NCBI GenBank assembly: GCA_951406725.2 | Contig: OX597823.1 | Span: forward strand, 53,196,001 to 53,260,000 | Source: Octopus vulgaris | Lineage: Eukaryota | DNA length: 64,000 nt | Direction of reading: 5' to 3' | Made by a program: the position numbers and the translations under genes | Shown here: piece by piece, positions 39,651-53,324 of the stretch | Layout: every line of letters starts with the position of its first letter | Position numbering within the stretch: the stretch's first letter is position 1 | Notes under the pieces: generated by a model | Databases searched by the model: none | Told to the model about the DNA's origin: nothing | What the model saw: the letters and a program-made list of their open reading frames with translations, nothing else

Positions 39651-41179
39651 AACTTACTTGAAAACCGATGTGTGGCTTTCAATCAAATAATAATATAGAT
39701 TATATTTATATACATATATATATGCATATATACACACACATATGTACATACAATCATATGTATGTATGAATATAGATATGCATATATGGGTACAGGATGT
39801 CACAAAACGTAAACAACATGAAATACGAAAATAACGTTGGGTACGCAAAGAACGAGAGAAACAATGGAAAACAAGACAAGTAACATAAAAAAACGACCCT
39901 TCATCAGTTGTCAGCTGTCCTTCTACTCCATATTTCGAGCAGCACCTTTGGGATTAGAATATGAGTAGAGAATTGTGTTATTAGGGAGTAGAAACATGAC
40001 CGATAATCGGATGATATTCATTTAGTCTAGAACCTTAGTAATTTCCAAGAAAATTTGACAGTTTACGGAAATGCTGGATGGGGTAATACGAGAAAATGTC
40101 GATAATTTTATCATTCATTCTTGAAAATTAATCTCCTTTTGATTTTCACTAAAATGTGCGTTTTTGTAATAAGGTGGTGAGTTACAGAATGCTCAGAAAC
40201 TTTCAGTTTCTTTCAACCAAAGCCACTCACAAAACTTTGGGCAATCCATAGCTATAGAAAAAGATACTTGTCCAAGGTGCCATGCAGTGAGATTGAACCC
40301 AAGACTACAGGTCTGGAAAGTAAGCTTCTTAACCACACAGCTTTTGACTTTACTATGAAGACAATAACAGCGACAATAGCAAAACTTTCTGACAATTTGA
40401 ACTACTGGAAACCTCTACGAGACCGTTCTAATTTACTAGAAATAGCTGATGTTTTTCACTCAACTCACATTCTCCTATCTTAAAAGAAAAATGTGTGGGG
40501 AGAAGCATAATGGCTAACGTAGTCCATGATACACTATGTCTGGAAAAAAAATTGAATGGTTAAGGTTGGAATCCTTTTAGACATGTTTACTGGTCCAAGC
40601 CTGTCTTGGATCTAAATATCAACAGCTTAAGCATTCGGTCGTCGTCATCGTCGTGGAGATGATAACGGAGAGGTTTTTTTCTGTTCATCTTGATGGTGGA
40701 CAGTCAATTTGTCGACCGTGATTAACTTGTAAACGGCTGAGTATTTCACACACGCGTATATCTTTAACATAATTCTCGAACCGAATCAGCTTGAGAGACC
40801 GAGCTTTCATTTTTTTATTGCCTGTTTGTTAGCTTTGTTTTTTTTTAATATGAAACATAGACACAAATTACATGCACACATACGTATATACATGTACGCA
40901 TGCATGCATACAACATACATGCATGCATACATAAATACAAAGATGCATGTATGCATGCATACACATACATACAAACATACATACATACATGCACACAATG
41001 ATTCGTAAACACGATCCAATGCATACAATCTGACGCACAGGAGCATACATACCACACACAAACACAAACACAAATACACACACACACACATACACACACA
41101 CATATATATATATACGAAACTAATAAGATTAGGTAAATTAATTAAGGGAATTGTACGTAATTAGAATTCTCCCATTTCT

Positions 41180-41560
41180 TTTCCTTCTAATGTAGGCCCG
41201 GGGCCTGACGTTTTCAGTGAGAAAGCTAATAGATTGCATCGACCCCAGTGCTCAGGTGGTGCTTCTTACATCGTCAACGAAAGACATCGAGGCCAAGTCA
41301 ACTTCGGTGTAATTTGAACTCACAAATTTAAAAGCCGAAAGAAATGGCATTAAACATTTGTCCGGCGTGGTAACGGTTCCAACAGCTCGCTGCCTTTAGT
41401 TTTTATTTATTTTTTCTTCTAATAAATGCATAAGGCCTGAAATTTGGGAGAAGCGTTAGTCGATAATGTCGATCTCAATACTAGACTGGTACTTTATTTT
41501 ATCAGCCCCGAAATAATAAAAGGCAAAGTTGGCCTCGGTGGGATTCGAACTCAGAAAGTA
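41180..41560 (-). mobile_element. Two adjacent diverged SINE family C copies
   Basis: AAGTCAACTTCGGTGTAATTTGAACTC and AAAGGCAAAGTTGGCCTCGGTGGGATTCGAACTCAGAA. Confidence 0.7.
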
Positions 41561-41667
41561 AAAAATCAGGAGAAATATCGCATAATTATACACCGAGCTC
41601 ACCGTCACTTTACCACTAGAATCCTTGAGTGAGTTTCTTAACCACACAGCCATTTCCGCGCCTGCAT

Positions 41668-41704
<37 letters not shown>

Positions 41705-42189
41705 CAAGCATATACTTACATACAAATACGTATATATGTGCGTGTATGTGCGTGTGTGTGTGTGTGTGTGTATGTATATGTTACGTATATATATTGATAA
41801 ATGCAGGGGTAAAGTTTCACACAAATCAAAAGTTATAGGGGGAAAAAATCAATATAAAGTATACAGATCTCAATGTACGGAGATGTATTAAAATGAATCC
41901 TTCTCTATAGAAAGTATATTTTCACTGATTTCTGCTGTCGTTTTCAATCTTAAAATTCTGATTTTATTCTGATCTTATCTAATTCAATTCGTCGCATTTC
42001 ACTTGACTGGCTTCGGGCTGAGTACTCACACGTTATCAAGTGAGTGGCTTTGAGAGCAGTTTCCCATTCTTTTATACCCACATTGTATTTTTAGAATTCC
42101 CTTGATAAAGTGTAACATTTAGATTCAAATAGACACAAAGTGTGTGTGTGTGTATGATGTGTGTGCGTGCGTGTGTGTGTGTGTGTATC

Positions 42190-42229
<40 letters not shown>

Positions 42230-43559
42230 TGTGTGTGTGTGTGTGTTGTATTTGTAAACATGTAGTGGGTATTGGAATAAATGGAAAGGGTTATCTATAA
42301 ATGGATATAATGTCGAGCGAAGTTTGAATATGGATAAAAGGGACATGAGAAGAGGGAGAAGTGTTCAAAAAAGGTTTTTAAATTTGTTTCTCTCAAGTTT
42401 TTATAATAATGTGCGTTCTGTGGAGTTTGTGTGTGTATGTGTCTATGTTTATGTGAGTGTGTGCGCGCGTGTGTGTGTGTGTGATTCCACAAATAGTCAA
42501 ATTCAAAGGAATGCCGATGGAGTTCAAAGCTGTTCATGCGTTATAGAATACTGTGAAGTTTTCTTTCTACCAGAATTAATTATAAATTTAGGCCTGGTTT
42601 TCTTTGGTGATTTCTTGTTGTTCCGTAATTGAATCGGAGCATCTATTGAAGGAATATTTTAAAATTAAGAATATTCAGCTCTGTACATACTGTATATCCG
42701 CTTAAATTGAGTTGTCTTGTGTTTTTATCACCGATTTGTTGGCAGTGTATGGTCATTCTCATAACAAATGATATTCTGGGCTATCCGATATAGTTTTCCA
42801 GACATCCGCGACACACCAGATTGATGGTTCTCAGAGTTGTAAGAAAAATTTTCATTTATTCAGAAAGTTTGTCCATTTTGAATTAGAATTCCGATGCTGC
42901 AGTTATGTATACACATCTGTCACAACTTTTCATCTGCATTTAGTAACCATGGGATTAGAAATTTGCATATATATTTTTCTCCTGTCACTATGCTTTTTAA
43001 TGTTTTTTGGGGCTATTTTTGCTTTTAGAGATTTGCTAATATCCTAGAATATAATTTTTTTTTTTTATCTTCATATAGAAAAAAGAGGGTTTAGACAAAA
43101 AACAAATTTCTTTTTCGCTTTAATTTTTTGTTCTCTTTCGATATTGAGCATTAATGAATTTTGACACATCGATTCCGTTAGTAATTAAACTAAGAGGGAA
43201 ATATTTTTATACAACTACATTTTTCAGTTAGTCTTTTGTTGGATACGATACTATTGTACGTATTCTTTTTGCTAGGCTGAATTGAATGTACTTTTTTGGC
43301 ATGTTTACAGTAGCCCAAGTGAAGTGAAAGTTCTGTTTGAAATACATGGGTATACAATAAATATTGCCTTCTAATTTTTCATTTATTTGCCTGATTGAAA
43401 TATCCATAAAGGCAGTTCATCCTGGCTAACCCTCCTAGGGAATTGAATAACCTTATTTATATTAATAATTACTGTTAAATTCTGTGATTTTCTCAAGGTC
43501 TTTTCTTCCATGGGATAAACCACAGATTCAAATATCTCTTTTCGGTGTGATTTCATTTA

Positions 43560-43775
43560 CTCTTTTCTTTTTTTACTCTTTTACTTGTTTTAGTCATTTT
43601 GACTGCCGCCATGCTGGAGCACCGCCTTTAGTCAAGCAAATCGACTCCACGACTTATTCTTTGTAAGCCTAGTACTTATTCTATCGGTCTCTTTTGCCGA
43701 ACCTCTAAGGTACTAGGACGTAAACACACCAGCATCGGTTGCCAAGTGATGTTGGGGACACACACACACACACAA

Positions 43776-43847
<72 letters not shown>

Positions 43848-44010
43848 GACGGGCCTCTTTCAGTTTCAGTCTACCAAATCCACTCACAAGGCTTTGGTTG
43901 CCCCGAGGTTATAGTAGAAGACACTTGCCCAAGGTGCCACGCAGTGGGACTGAACCCAGAGCCATGTGGTTCGTAAGCAAGCTACTTGCCAATCAGCCAC
44001 TCCTGCGCCT
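43560..44010 (-). mobile_element. SINE family B, full length, with an expanded internal microsatellite
   Basis: Head GGCGCAGGAGTGGCTG at ~44009, GTTCAGTCCCACTGCGTGGCACCTTGGGCAAGTGTC, and tail AAGGCGGTGCTCCAGCATGG..AACAAGTAAAAGAG. Confidence 0.9.
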
Positions 44011-44179
44011 ATTTCTTAATTTTTTTTAAAATATGTGTAGAATGCGCTTCAAAATTTAGTAGCGATTGATTATAAAGCATCTTTTCATCGTGTCTCATTT
44101 CCAAATAGGTATATTGGACCTTCTTGTCCATTTCATTATCTGGTATTTGTCGATATGCTGATCCATCGAACATAGAATG

Positions 44180-44695
44180 GTTTTGTAAATAACAATAATA
44201 TTTCATAAGCTTGAAGCTTATAAGCGATCACCGTGTATTGATGCCGTGCGTAAGAAAAACACTTTTTTTTCCGTCGAGGGCTTATATGCCGCAATATCAG
44301 ACTAGTTTCTTTAATCAATATACGGTGATCGCCTTTACGCTTATAAAATATTATTATTATTATTATTATTATTAACAGAGTTGTTCACTCGTCACCGCTT
44401 CTCAAATCATCGCAGAAAACACACATGCTTGTTTGTTTAAAAACCAGCACTATGAAATTAGAGTTCTTAAATCTAACGGGAAGAACGCGAATATGTAGAG
44501 GTGTGGGTTAGTATCTCATGCGTACGGAAACCCACGTTTCTCCGTCGAGGGCTTATATGCCCCAATATTGGACTATTTTCTTTAATCAATACACGCTGAT
44601 CTCTTTAAGCTTATAAAATATTATTATTTACAGAATTGATCTCTCATCACCGCTTCTCAAATCATTACAGAAAACGCAGATTCTTATTTGTTTGT
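44180..44695. repeat. Inverted plus tandem direct repeat cluster (period ~271 bp)
   Basis: CCGTCGAGGGCTTATATGCC...TCACCGCTTCTCAAATCAT occurs at 44271 and 44542. 44180-44243 is an inverted partial copy. Confidence 0.8.
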
Positions 44696-45879
44696 AAAAT
44701 AGTCATTTTAGAGCTTGAATCTGAGTCCTTCAATAATGAAGTGTTTTTTTTTTTTTTCTGCGTACCGACAACTCAAACTAGCATTATTTAATTAATATTT
44801 GATTCCATTTAATCAATAATCGTGAGAAATATTTTTGAAAAGATTTGCAACGTCAAAATACACAATAATAGTATTTTGACTGAATATATTTTAGCACATG
44901 ATAGAGTAAATCCAAATCCGTGTCCAGAAAATTCGCCGTCAGAAATTTCGCTGTGGGAACCATAATAAAGTGTATATCAACATTTTCTTAAATACAAAAA
45001 AAAAAAAAAGGATAAGATATTTTATAAAAGCATTAAATAGGCAAGTTTTTTTATACAACGTCAAACTTTAAAAAGAAAAAAATATGTGAAGACCCTTTAA
45101 AACGAAAGCTTTTACGGCAAAAATGTTTACGGCGAAATTTCTTATAACCATCCATGTTTCAGAAAGCGCTTTAGTAAACTGTCCAAAATGTTACTCTGTT
45201 ACTGTGTTTCATATGCAGGGCCTGCTTTAATCGGTCTAAATTTCAGATCATCTGAAGGTGCTGACTGAATGTATAGGGGTTTCCTTTTATGTATTTTGGA
45301 CTGGCCAATCAGATTGCTGCTTATGCATCTGAATTCGCTCGTGTAGTCAAATTATTTCCTGGTTAAATATTTGCGATACTTACATAAAAAAAATATCAGT
45401 AGGTTTCCCCATTATGTTTCTTTGCTTGTAATTCTTTGTTCTCTCACACTAGTTACTGCCATAGTAGTTCTGGCACATCCCCAATTGTCATTTTTTTTCA
45501 ACGTTCTATTCGCTTGCATTTATTGCAGAATTACGAAATGTCTGTGATATTTCATTTCTGAAAAGTTGGATTTTTGTAAGGCACTTGTGAATTTTAGCCT
45601 CATAGTTTTTTTTTTTTTTTTTTTAATATCCGTGAAATTATCATTTCATAGGCTGCTTACCGTCGGTTTCTTAAATTTGGAAGCCATTTTATGTCCCTTG
45701 TATTTCTGAGTTCGATCTCAAAATCGATGCTCATCATTGTCAACAATTTATTCTGTTTTCTGTTGATTTAATGAATTTATAAAATGATCTTTTATACGAG
45801 ATTGGTATTATGTTGACAGTGGTTCCTGGTATAGTTATGTAATCGATTAAAATTTGATGTAGCACCTTTTATCATCTAT

Positions 45880-46107
45880 CTGTTACTTCCTTCAGTCATT
45901 AGACTGCGGCCATGCTGGGGCACCGCCTTGAAGAATTTCTATCCAATGTGTGTGGGTGTGTGTGTGAAGCGGGATACTTATTTTATCGGCCACTTTGTCG
46001 AATCGCTAAATTGCACGAACATAAACACACACCGACACTAGTTGTTAAATGATGGTGTGTACAAGGACTAACACAAAGGCATACGCGCGCGCACTCACAC
46101 ACACACA

Positions 46108-46188
<81 letters not shown>

Positions 46189-46355
46189 GACGGGTTCCTT
46201 TCAGTTTCCGTCTAGCAAATGCGCACATAAGGTTTTGGACGACCCGTTGCTACAGTAGGAGACACTAGCCCAAGGTACCACGCAGTGGGACTGAACCCTG
46301 TACTATGTAGCTGAAAAACAAACTTCTTATCTCACAACGACGCCATCGCCTATCT
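45880..46355 (-). mobile_element. SINE family B, full length, diverged
   Basis: CCCAAGGTACCACGCAGTGGGACTGAACCC and tail CAGTCATTAGACTGCGGCCATGCTGGGGCACCGCCTT. Confidence 0.85.
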
Positions 46356-46865
46356 TCCAATTTATTAAAATTTCGTTTTGGCTCTGATATACTGAGTTTG
46401 TGATTATTTTTTTGTTTTTTGTAGCTTATTGATTATTAAAGTCTTTTACGAAGGGGTTATCTAAATTTTATAATGTTATGAAATACTATTTTATAATTCA
46501 AGAAATTTCCACTTCAGTTCATCTATTTGAGGAATCACGCAAGCACTCCCTTCACGCACGCACACGCACACACACGCACACACACACACACACAAGCAAA
46601 CAAACTGTAGGGAATTCTTGTTATTATAAAAGCTTTAGAGAAGAACTTTGAACCTTCTTTTGACTGCATTTTCCTGCTCCCCATAAAGCTCCTACCCATA
46701 TCCCCTGGTATTTGGGTGTACTAGTTTCTGGGTCTTTGCTCGTCATCAGTCTGGAGTAGCATGGCCTGCTAATTGGAGATGCCTATCTAGCCTCTGCAAA
46801 CGTATAAATTTGCTAAAGTTTCTTTTGTTTGATTAGACTGAGAAAATAATCGACACCAGTGAAAA

Positions 46866-47168
46866 TTTACATCCGACGGATATTCTCCTCATTTTGTTTG
46901 TTAACACAACGTTTTGGTTGGTATACCCTCCAGCCTTCTTCAGATGTCTTGAGGAAATTTCGAACCTGGGTTTTCATTCCTAAGGATTTTTTCGATGTTG
47001 TTGTTGTTGTTGTTGTTATTATTATTATTATTATTATCATCATCATCATCATCATCATTATTATTATCATTGTTCAGGTCACTGCTTAGAATCGAACTCG
47101 CAATCTTGGGCTTAGTAGCCCGCACTCTTAACCACTACGCCATATGCCCATAGGCATATGGCGTAGTG
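46866..47168 (-). mobile_element. tRNA-headed short element carrying a minimal HHR, with an inverted 5' end
   Basis: A-box TGGCGTAGTGG and B-box GAGTTCGATTC (47073-47148); (AAT/GAT/AAC)n linker; ACAT-CTGAAGA-AGGCTGG..CCAACC-AAAAC-GTT-GTGT (46904-46947); 16-bp inverted duplication of the 5' end (47133-47168). Confidence 0.75.
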
Positions 47169-47188
47169 CATTTCCATCAACTTTCTTT

Positions 47189-47243
<55 letters not shown>

Positions 47244-47252
47244 ACATATATA

Positions 47253-48512
47253 TCAGGTCATCCCATAAGTTCTGTCCGAATTTTGAATAAAGAAGACAAG
47301 TGATCAAATGTTATATTTAATTGAAATTTAATCATCAATGTACTTTCCCTGATTATCTATGACTTCCTTCCATCTATTTACAAGTTTTTTGTAATCCCTT
47401 CAATGTAAAATTCATTTGGTTTCAAAGCGAAGAAACTCTGAAATGTCAGTTTCGTCCTTCTCCTGGCTTGCAAAAGTTATGTGCCCCAAATAATTCTGTA
47501 AACTACGAAACAAATAGTCTGAAGGAGAAAGGTCGGGAGAAGAAGGTGGATGAGGAATTTTTCCCAACCAAGCGCTTCGATCTTCTGTGGTGTGATTTTT
47601 GCAGTGTCGCACACTGTCCTGATGAAACATCGCTCCTTTTCGATTCACTAAAGCAGGTCTTTTTTTTCTTCAAAACGTGATTCAAACGCTCTAATTGCTG
47701 ACAGTAGATTTGAGCATTGATAGTTGCATTAGGTTCTAACAATTCAAAGTGAATTACTCCTTTGCAATACCACCAAATAGAGAGAAGGATCTTTTCCCAT
47801 GAAGTTCCCTTCTCGGTTGTGGTTGAGCTTTTACCTTTTACCAAGCCACTGTTGACGACGTTTAACATTTCGAAAGAAGATCCATTTTTCGTCACCAGTC
47901 ACAAGTCTGTCCATGAAATGAGTTCGCGAGAAAGGAGAGAACAGTAGATGTTAACTCATGATTTGCTGTTGTTTTCGGACAATTCATGAGGCACCCATTT
48001 TCCAAATTGTTGAAGATGACGATGAACAGTTGTATGGTTTGAACTAAGCTTTATTGCCAATTCTTCAACTGATAATGCAGGAGTTTCTTCAAGTAATGCC
48101 TCAAGGAGCTTATCATCAAACTCAACTGGACGTCCTGTTCGATCTTCATTTTCAAGGCTGAAATCTCCACTTTTGAATTTTGCAAATCATCTTCTGCAAG
48201 TTCTTTCATTCAAGCATTCTTTCCCATAAACTGAATATATGTTTCGAGTCGCTTCGGCCGCAGAGTTTCCTTTTTTTTTTTGTACTCATAAAGCATTATG
48301 TGCCTCAAATGCTCTTTGGATACTTCTATGTTAGAAAGGGTTTTAATCAAAGAAATTTTAATTCTATTATTCTGTAAAATAATATTTAATTATTTTAAAT
48401 GTACACAAATGCATAAAAATAATTTTTAATACCATTATACATTCTAAAATACTATTAAATTTCATTCAATTTTAAAAGAGGTAAAATCGGACAGAACTCA
48501 TGGGATGACCTG

Positions 48513-48513
<1 letters not shown>
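47253..48513 (-). mobile_element. Full-length (1261 bp) but inactivated mariner transposon
   Basis: TIRs TCAGGTCATCCCATAAGTTCTGTCCGA / TCGGACAGAACTCATGGGATGACCTGA, TA TSD, WVPHEL (47980-47997), ILLSIWW and PHPPSSPDLSPSDY. The ORF is frameshifted and the start codon appears mutated. Confidence 0.95.
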
Positions 48514-48608
<95 letters not shown>

Positions 48609-49059
48609 ATATTATAACGAAGACAGTTATACGCAATAAAAAATCAAAACGAAAACGTTCAGTTACTGGGACTGAAGGTGTCAGGTAGCACCTATATTGC
48701 TAGAAATGAGAATGAAAACCCTTAGAACCGCAAGAAAGCACATTTTCATATACTGATAATGGAAATATCCGCCCCATAAGCGAAGGTAGATCACTATACT
48801 AGACTAGCTTCACCCGAAAACTACAAGCTCGTCGAATGGTTTGGGTAAATCCGGACTGTCAGTATATATATTTAACATATAAATTTATGGTTGATTTAGC
48901 AAAATGCTAGTGTGAAAATTTCTAAGGCAGCTATAAGCAATATAAAACCAAAAAGGAAAAATTCACTAATTGTGAGTGAGAGTGCCGGGTAGAACATATA
49001 TTGCTAGAAATAAGAGTAAAATCCCTAAAGGAAGTCAAATATTATCCGAGCTTTCGCCA

Positions 49060-50347
49060 AAACTTTCTATATGTTGGACACAAAGCTCCCAATGCTCGCG
49101 TGCTAAAAGATGATACTCCTGTGGTTATACCTTGATTGCTTCAGTTTTCTTTCTTGTGTTACGAAGTAAAGTGGCCGCTCTATTGGCAGTTTGCACCAAG
49201 AGGAACAGAGATAAGTGATGCGATTTCTCTGGACTGAAAGTATGTCAGGGGAGAAATTTAACATTGGACTTCAGTACGATACGAGGACAGCGTAGAAGTG
49301 TGTATGAGTGAATCAAGAAGATTAAGAATTGTCTGACAAGCGTGAAGCACGAAGAGAGTGTAGAGAGAGCATGACTAAACTAGCTCGAGAGGTGGTTTGG
49401 CGAACCGATAAGTGAACATCGACGAAGTGGCCGTACCAAAAGAGCTTACCGAAGCGCATAAGCGTAATCGTGTGGAGATCTGTCAACGCTTAGGCGACCA
49501 CTATAACGAAGTAGGCGAAGCTTTTTGGGAGAGAATAGCCACAAGAGATAAGGTCTAGCTCTATCACTTTGAATCCAGAATCTATCACAGGAATCCAGAA
49601 GGTAGAGTGTGGATTGGAAACACCCAGAATTGCCAGCGAAAAAGAAATTCAAGACTCAACATTCTGCAGAAAAACTGATGCTTACCATTTTTTGGAACGC
49701 AAAAGGGCCTATTATAGTAAATTAGAAGGGATATTGGGTCTGAAGTCACCAGTGAAGGCTACAGCGAAATTGATAGCCAACAAAATGGCACCACATTATT
49801 TACGTTATTTACATTATTTACATTCGACGGATATTTGTCCTTATCTTGTTTGTTGTTAACACTGTTAACAACATAATGTACATAATTCCTCATCTCTTAA
49901 ATATAGAACTGTAAAATGACACCAGCAATTCGCACCAAACGTCAAGGTCTGTTGTTAAAGCAAGCGTTATTGTTGCACGACGATACGCGTCCACGTATGG
50001 TTACTTACCCCGTGGAAACCATTAAAACATTGGTTTTCGAATTGCTGGAACACCCTGCATACGGTCCAGATCTCGTCCTTTCTGACTATTACTTCTTTAG
50101 GGCGATCAAACATCCTTTACGAGATCGTCGATTTGCTATGGACGAAGGAGTGCAGGAAACAGTGCATAAATGTCTGTGCGACCAGTTGAAAACCTTCTCC
50201 GATGGAATATTCAAGCTTGCAGACTACCAGAAGTGCATAAAAAAGCAAGGAGAATATATCGAAAAATGTTGTGATCGTTGAATCCCTGCTTTTGTTTTAA
50301 TAAATTACTGAAATAAGAGTGCGTGTAATTTTTGCCTTCACCTCGCA
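49060..50347 (+). mobile_element. Degenerate mariner transposon interrupted by a 119-bp insertion
   Basis: ORF 49916-50281 (PAIRTKRQG, LLLHDDTRP, LEHPAYGPDLVLSDYYFF, KCIKKQGEYIEK) and a 3' TIR-like GTAATTTTTGCCTTCACCTCG. The 5' boundary is uncertain. Confidence 0.85.
49794..49912. mobile_element. 119-bp inverted retro-insertion of the HHR-SINE family, with a 12-bp TSD
   Basis: TSD AAAATGGCACCA (49782-49793) / AAAATGACACCA (49913-49924). TTTACAT.CGACGGATATT..TTGTTTGTT matches 46866-46905. Internal fold-back TGTTGTTAACA-C-TGTTAACAACA. Confidence 0.85.
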
Positions 50348-50349
50348 TA

Positions 50350-50623
50350 CGATTTGCGTCCAAAAAATATCCGACTTTATTTTTTCCCAGCGAAACTCAT
50401 GCCGCATGAGAAAAATCTTTTGGGTGGGAGGATATACCGCTCTTCCTGAGCATGGCGCAAAATTTACTCTAGGCATAACAGCCGGGAACTGAGGCAGCCT
50501 AGCGGTGCCAAAATGTTCGCGCATGCGGTGGAAGAGTGGCGTCACCTTCCAATCAAATGACTTTGCCCACGCAGCATTAGTTTGGCGGGGAAAAATAGTC
50601 TGATACTTTTCGAATACACCTCG
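50350..50623. mobile_element. Mariner-derived MITE (~275 bp)
   Basis: Imperfect ~55-bp TIRs (CGATTTGCGTCCAAAAAATATCCGACT.. / ..AGTCTGATACTTTTCGAATACACCTCG), flanked by TA. Confidence 0.75.
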
Positions 50624-50729
50624 TATATATATATATATAATATGTGTGTGTGTGTGTGTATCTATGTATGAAGGAATGCATGTAAATCTTTGTGTGTGTA
50701 TGTGTGTGTGTGTGTGTATGTGTATAAAG

Positions 50730-50981
50730 GATCAACGGCCCTTCCAGAGCCATAGGCCCATAAAGCCGGTTTCCCGGTTTCTGTCGCTTATATATTCTTC
50801 TCCAACGGACGGGATGTCGGCCCGACACAGGATTACTCATTGTTGCCAGCTGAATGGACTTGAGCAATGTTGAAATGAAGCGTTTTGCTCAAGAACACAA
50901 TGCATCACCCAGTACAGAGATCGAAACCACAATATTGCGATCATGAGTGCAACACCCTAACCACCAAGCCACGCGCCTCCA
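50730..50981 (-). mobile_element. SINE family A
   Basis: Head GGAGGCGCGTGGCTTGGTGGTTAGGGTGTTGCACTCATG..GTTTCGATCTC, then TTCTTGAGCAAAACGCTT. Confidence 0.85.
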
Positions 50982-51011
50982 CACAACACACACACATACA
51001 CACACATTGAA

Positions 51012-51084
<73 letters not shown>

Positions 51085-51657
51085 GAGATAGATAGTTTGA
51101 AACACAGCAAACAATATGCCATCTCCATCTCCGTGACCACCATCACTAGCATTCACCATCGCCACCACCACCAACACCAGCATACCAGCATACCGCCACC
51201 ACCACCAACGTCACCATCAACATTGCCATCACCACCACTATGACAACCACCATTACCATTATCACTAACTATATTCTACCAACGCCATCACTATGGCAAG
51301 CAGATCCATCATCGTCCCCGCCCCCCATCAAACTCTCCAGGACCATCTCCATGATCGCCTTTCTCTCCTCACCGACACATTTTCCAGTTCGGATCTCATC
51401 ACTCTCTGTCTTTGTTTTTACCCGCCTCTCCTCCTTCTCTCTTTCCTCTCTCTCTCTCTCTCTCTCTCTAGTTTTCTCCCTCTCTTTTCTTTTTTTTTCT
51501 TTCTCAAATCTGATCCAATTAGTTTTCCAACACGTTCCTCTGTATAACTCTAATTAATATAGTCTTCCCTTCTCCCCTCTGTCTGTCTGTCTCTCTTTTT
51601 CTTTTTCTTTCTCTTTCTCTATCTCCGTCACTCTCTCACTGTCTAACTATTTCTGTC

Positions 51658-51692
<35 letters not shown>

Positions 51693-52279
51693 GATCTCTC
51701 CCCCTCTCTCCCCCTCTCCCTCTTTCTCTCTCTCTAACTATCTCTCTGCCAATCTCTCTCCCTCTCTCTCTCCCTTTCTCCCCCCTCTCTCTCTCACTAT
51801 CTCTCTCTCTCCCTTTCTCCCCCCCTCTCTCTCTTCTCTACTTTCAATCCACCACCATATATACATATCTCTTTCATTCTCTCTTTCCCTCTTACTTTCT
51901 CTTTGTCTGTTTCACTTTCTCTTTCTCTATCCCTGTCTCTACCTCTGTCTTTCTTTCTTTCTATCTCTCTCTTCAATCTGTTAATCATTAACTTTTTTAT
52001 TCTCTCTGACATCCTCTCCTTCTTTCATTTCTTTCTCTCTCCCCTTCTCCCTTACTTTCTCCCTCTTTAGCTCATCTCTCTTCTCTATCGCCTTTCATTT
52101 TTCATTATCTCTCCATCTACCACTCTCTCTTTCGCATCTCCCGTCTTTTTTTCAGCGTAATCTACTCCATGCCCTTTCCCTCTCTTTTGTCCCCTCTTTC
52201 TCTCACTCTCTATCTACTCATCTCTATCTCTCCATCCATTTATCTTTACACTGCTCTCTTTCTCTCTCTCTCTCTTTCT

Positions 52280-52319
<40 letters not shown>

Positions 52320-52347
52320 AGTATCTATGTCTATCAATATATCTATC

Positions 52348-52378
<31 letters not shown>

Positions 52379-52402
52379 CTATCTATTTATCTATCTATCT
52401 AT

Positions 52403-53170
52403 GACGTCGACGAGGAGTACCTGACCCGCCTGTTCAGGACGACTTTCGGGCCAGGGCCCATGGACAACTTCCAGAGATCCCTGGCCTGGCAGTGCTACCG
52501 AGAAGCGCTACCCGTTCGGGATAAGCTCTACAGACACGGCTCGAGAAACACGGGGCCGACCTGCCCGAGATGCGGTCAGAGCGACGAAACCGTTCTGCAC
52601 GCACTCGTTCAGTGTCCAACAATTTCCGACCTGTGGGCTTATGTCGAACAACTGCTGTCACGTGTGGGACGAGTCGGTTTATCAGCTGAGTCTATCGTCA
52701 ATATTGTCACGCCTCCTTCCTTCAAACGGGAAGGAAGAGCTATTTTCATCATCCTTGTGGCTATGGCGAAAGAATGTATCTGGTGGACGCGTCTGAAAGG
52801 ATTGGAGACAAACACTTTCCTCTCTGGTCAATCTCTCATCAACTTCTTCAAGTACCACTTGAAAAGGAAAGTGAGAGTAGAGAGGCAAGTTTTGTCTAGC
52901 GAATGTTTTAAAAAAAGATGGGTGAATGTAGCAAGAATGGCACGTATGAATGACGAAGCCACCTTGAGCATAGTCCTATGAACCCAGAAATCGAAAACAG
53001 AGAGTTGCTTATTTGCAAAAAAAAAAAAAAAAAAAAAGAAATATAAAATGTGACTTCATTGACCGAGGTTACCGTGGTCTTTTCCGTAGGCTTTTCTTTC
53101 CACGGGTAAACCTCACCTGTCCTCCCCTTTACACTTCATATTGACATTTCTGTGATAACGATCCCTATTG

Positions 53171-53205
<35 letters not shown>

Positions 53206-53283
53206 CCTCTCCCCCTTTTTTTAACCCCCTTTTTTTTGTCCTCCTTCTCTCCTTTTACGATCCCTTTTGATCGAAACTCCCCC

Positions 53284-53324
<41 letters not shown>

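Noticed and set aside
47073-47148. Genuine tRNA gene (also the heads at 3520-3592 and 24355-24429)
   Set aside because: A and B boxes are present, but the acceptor and T stems do not close, and the heads run into repeat bodies, so these are SINE heads.
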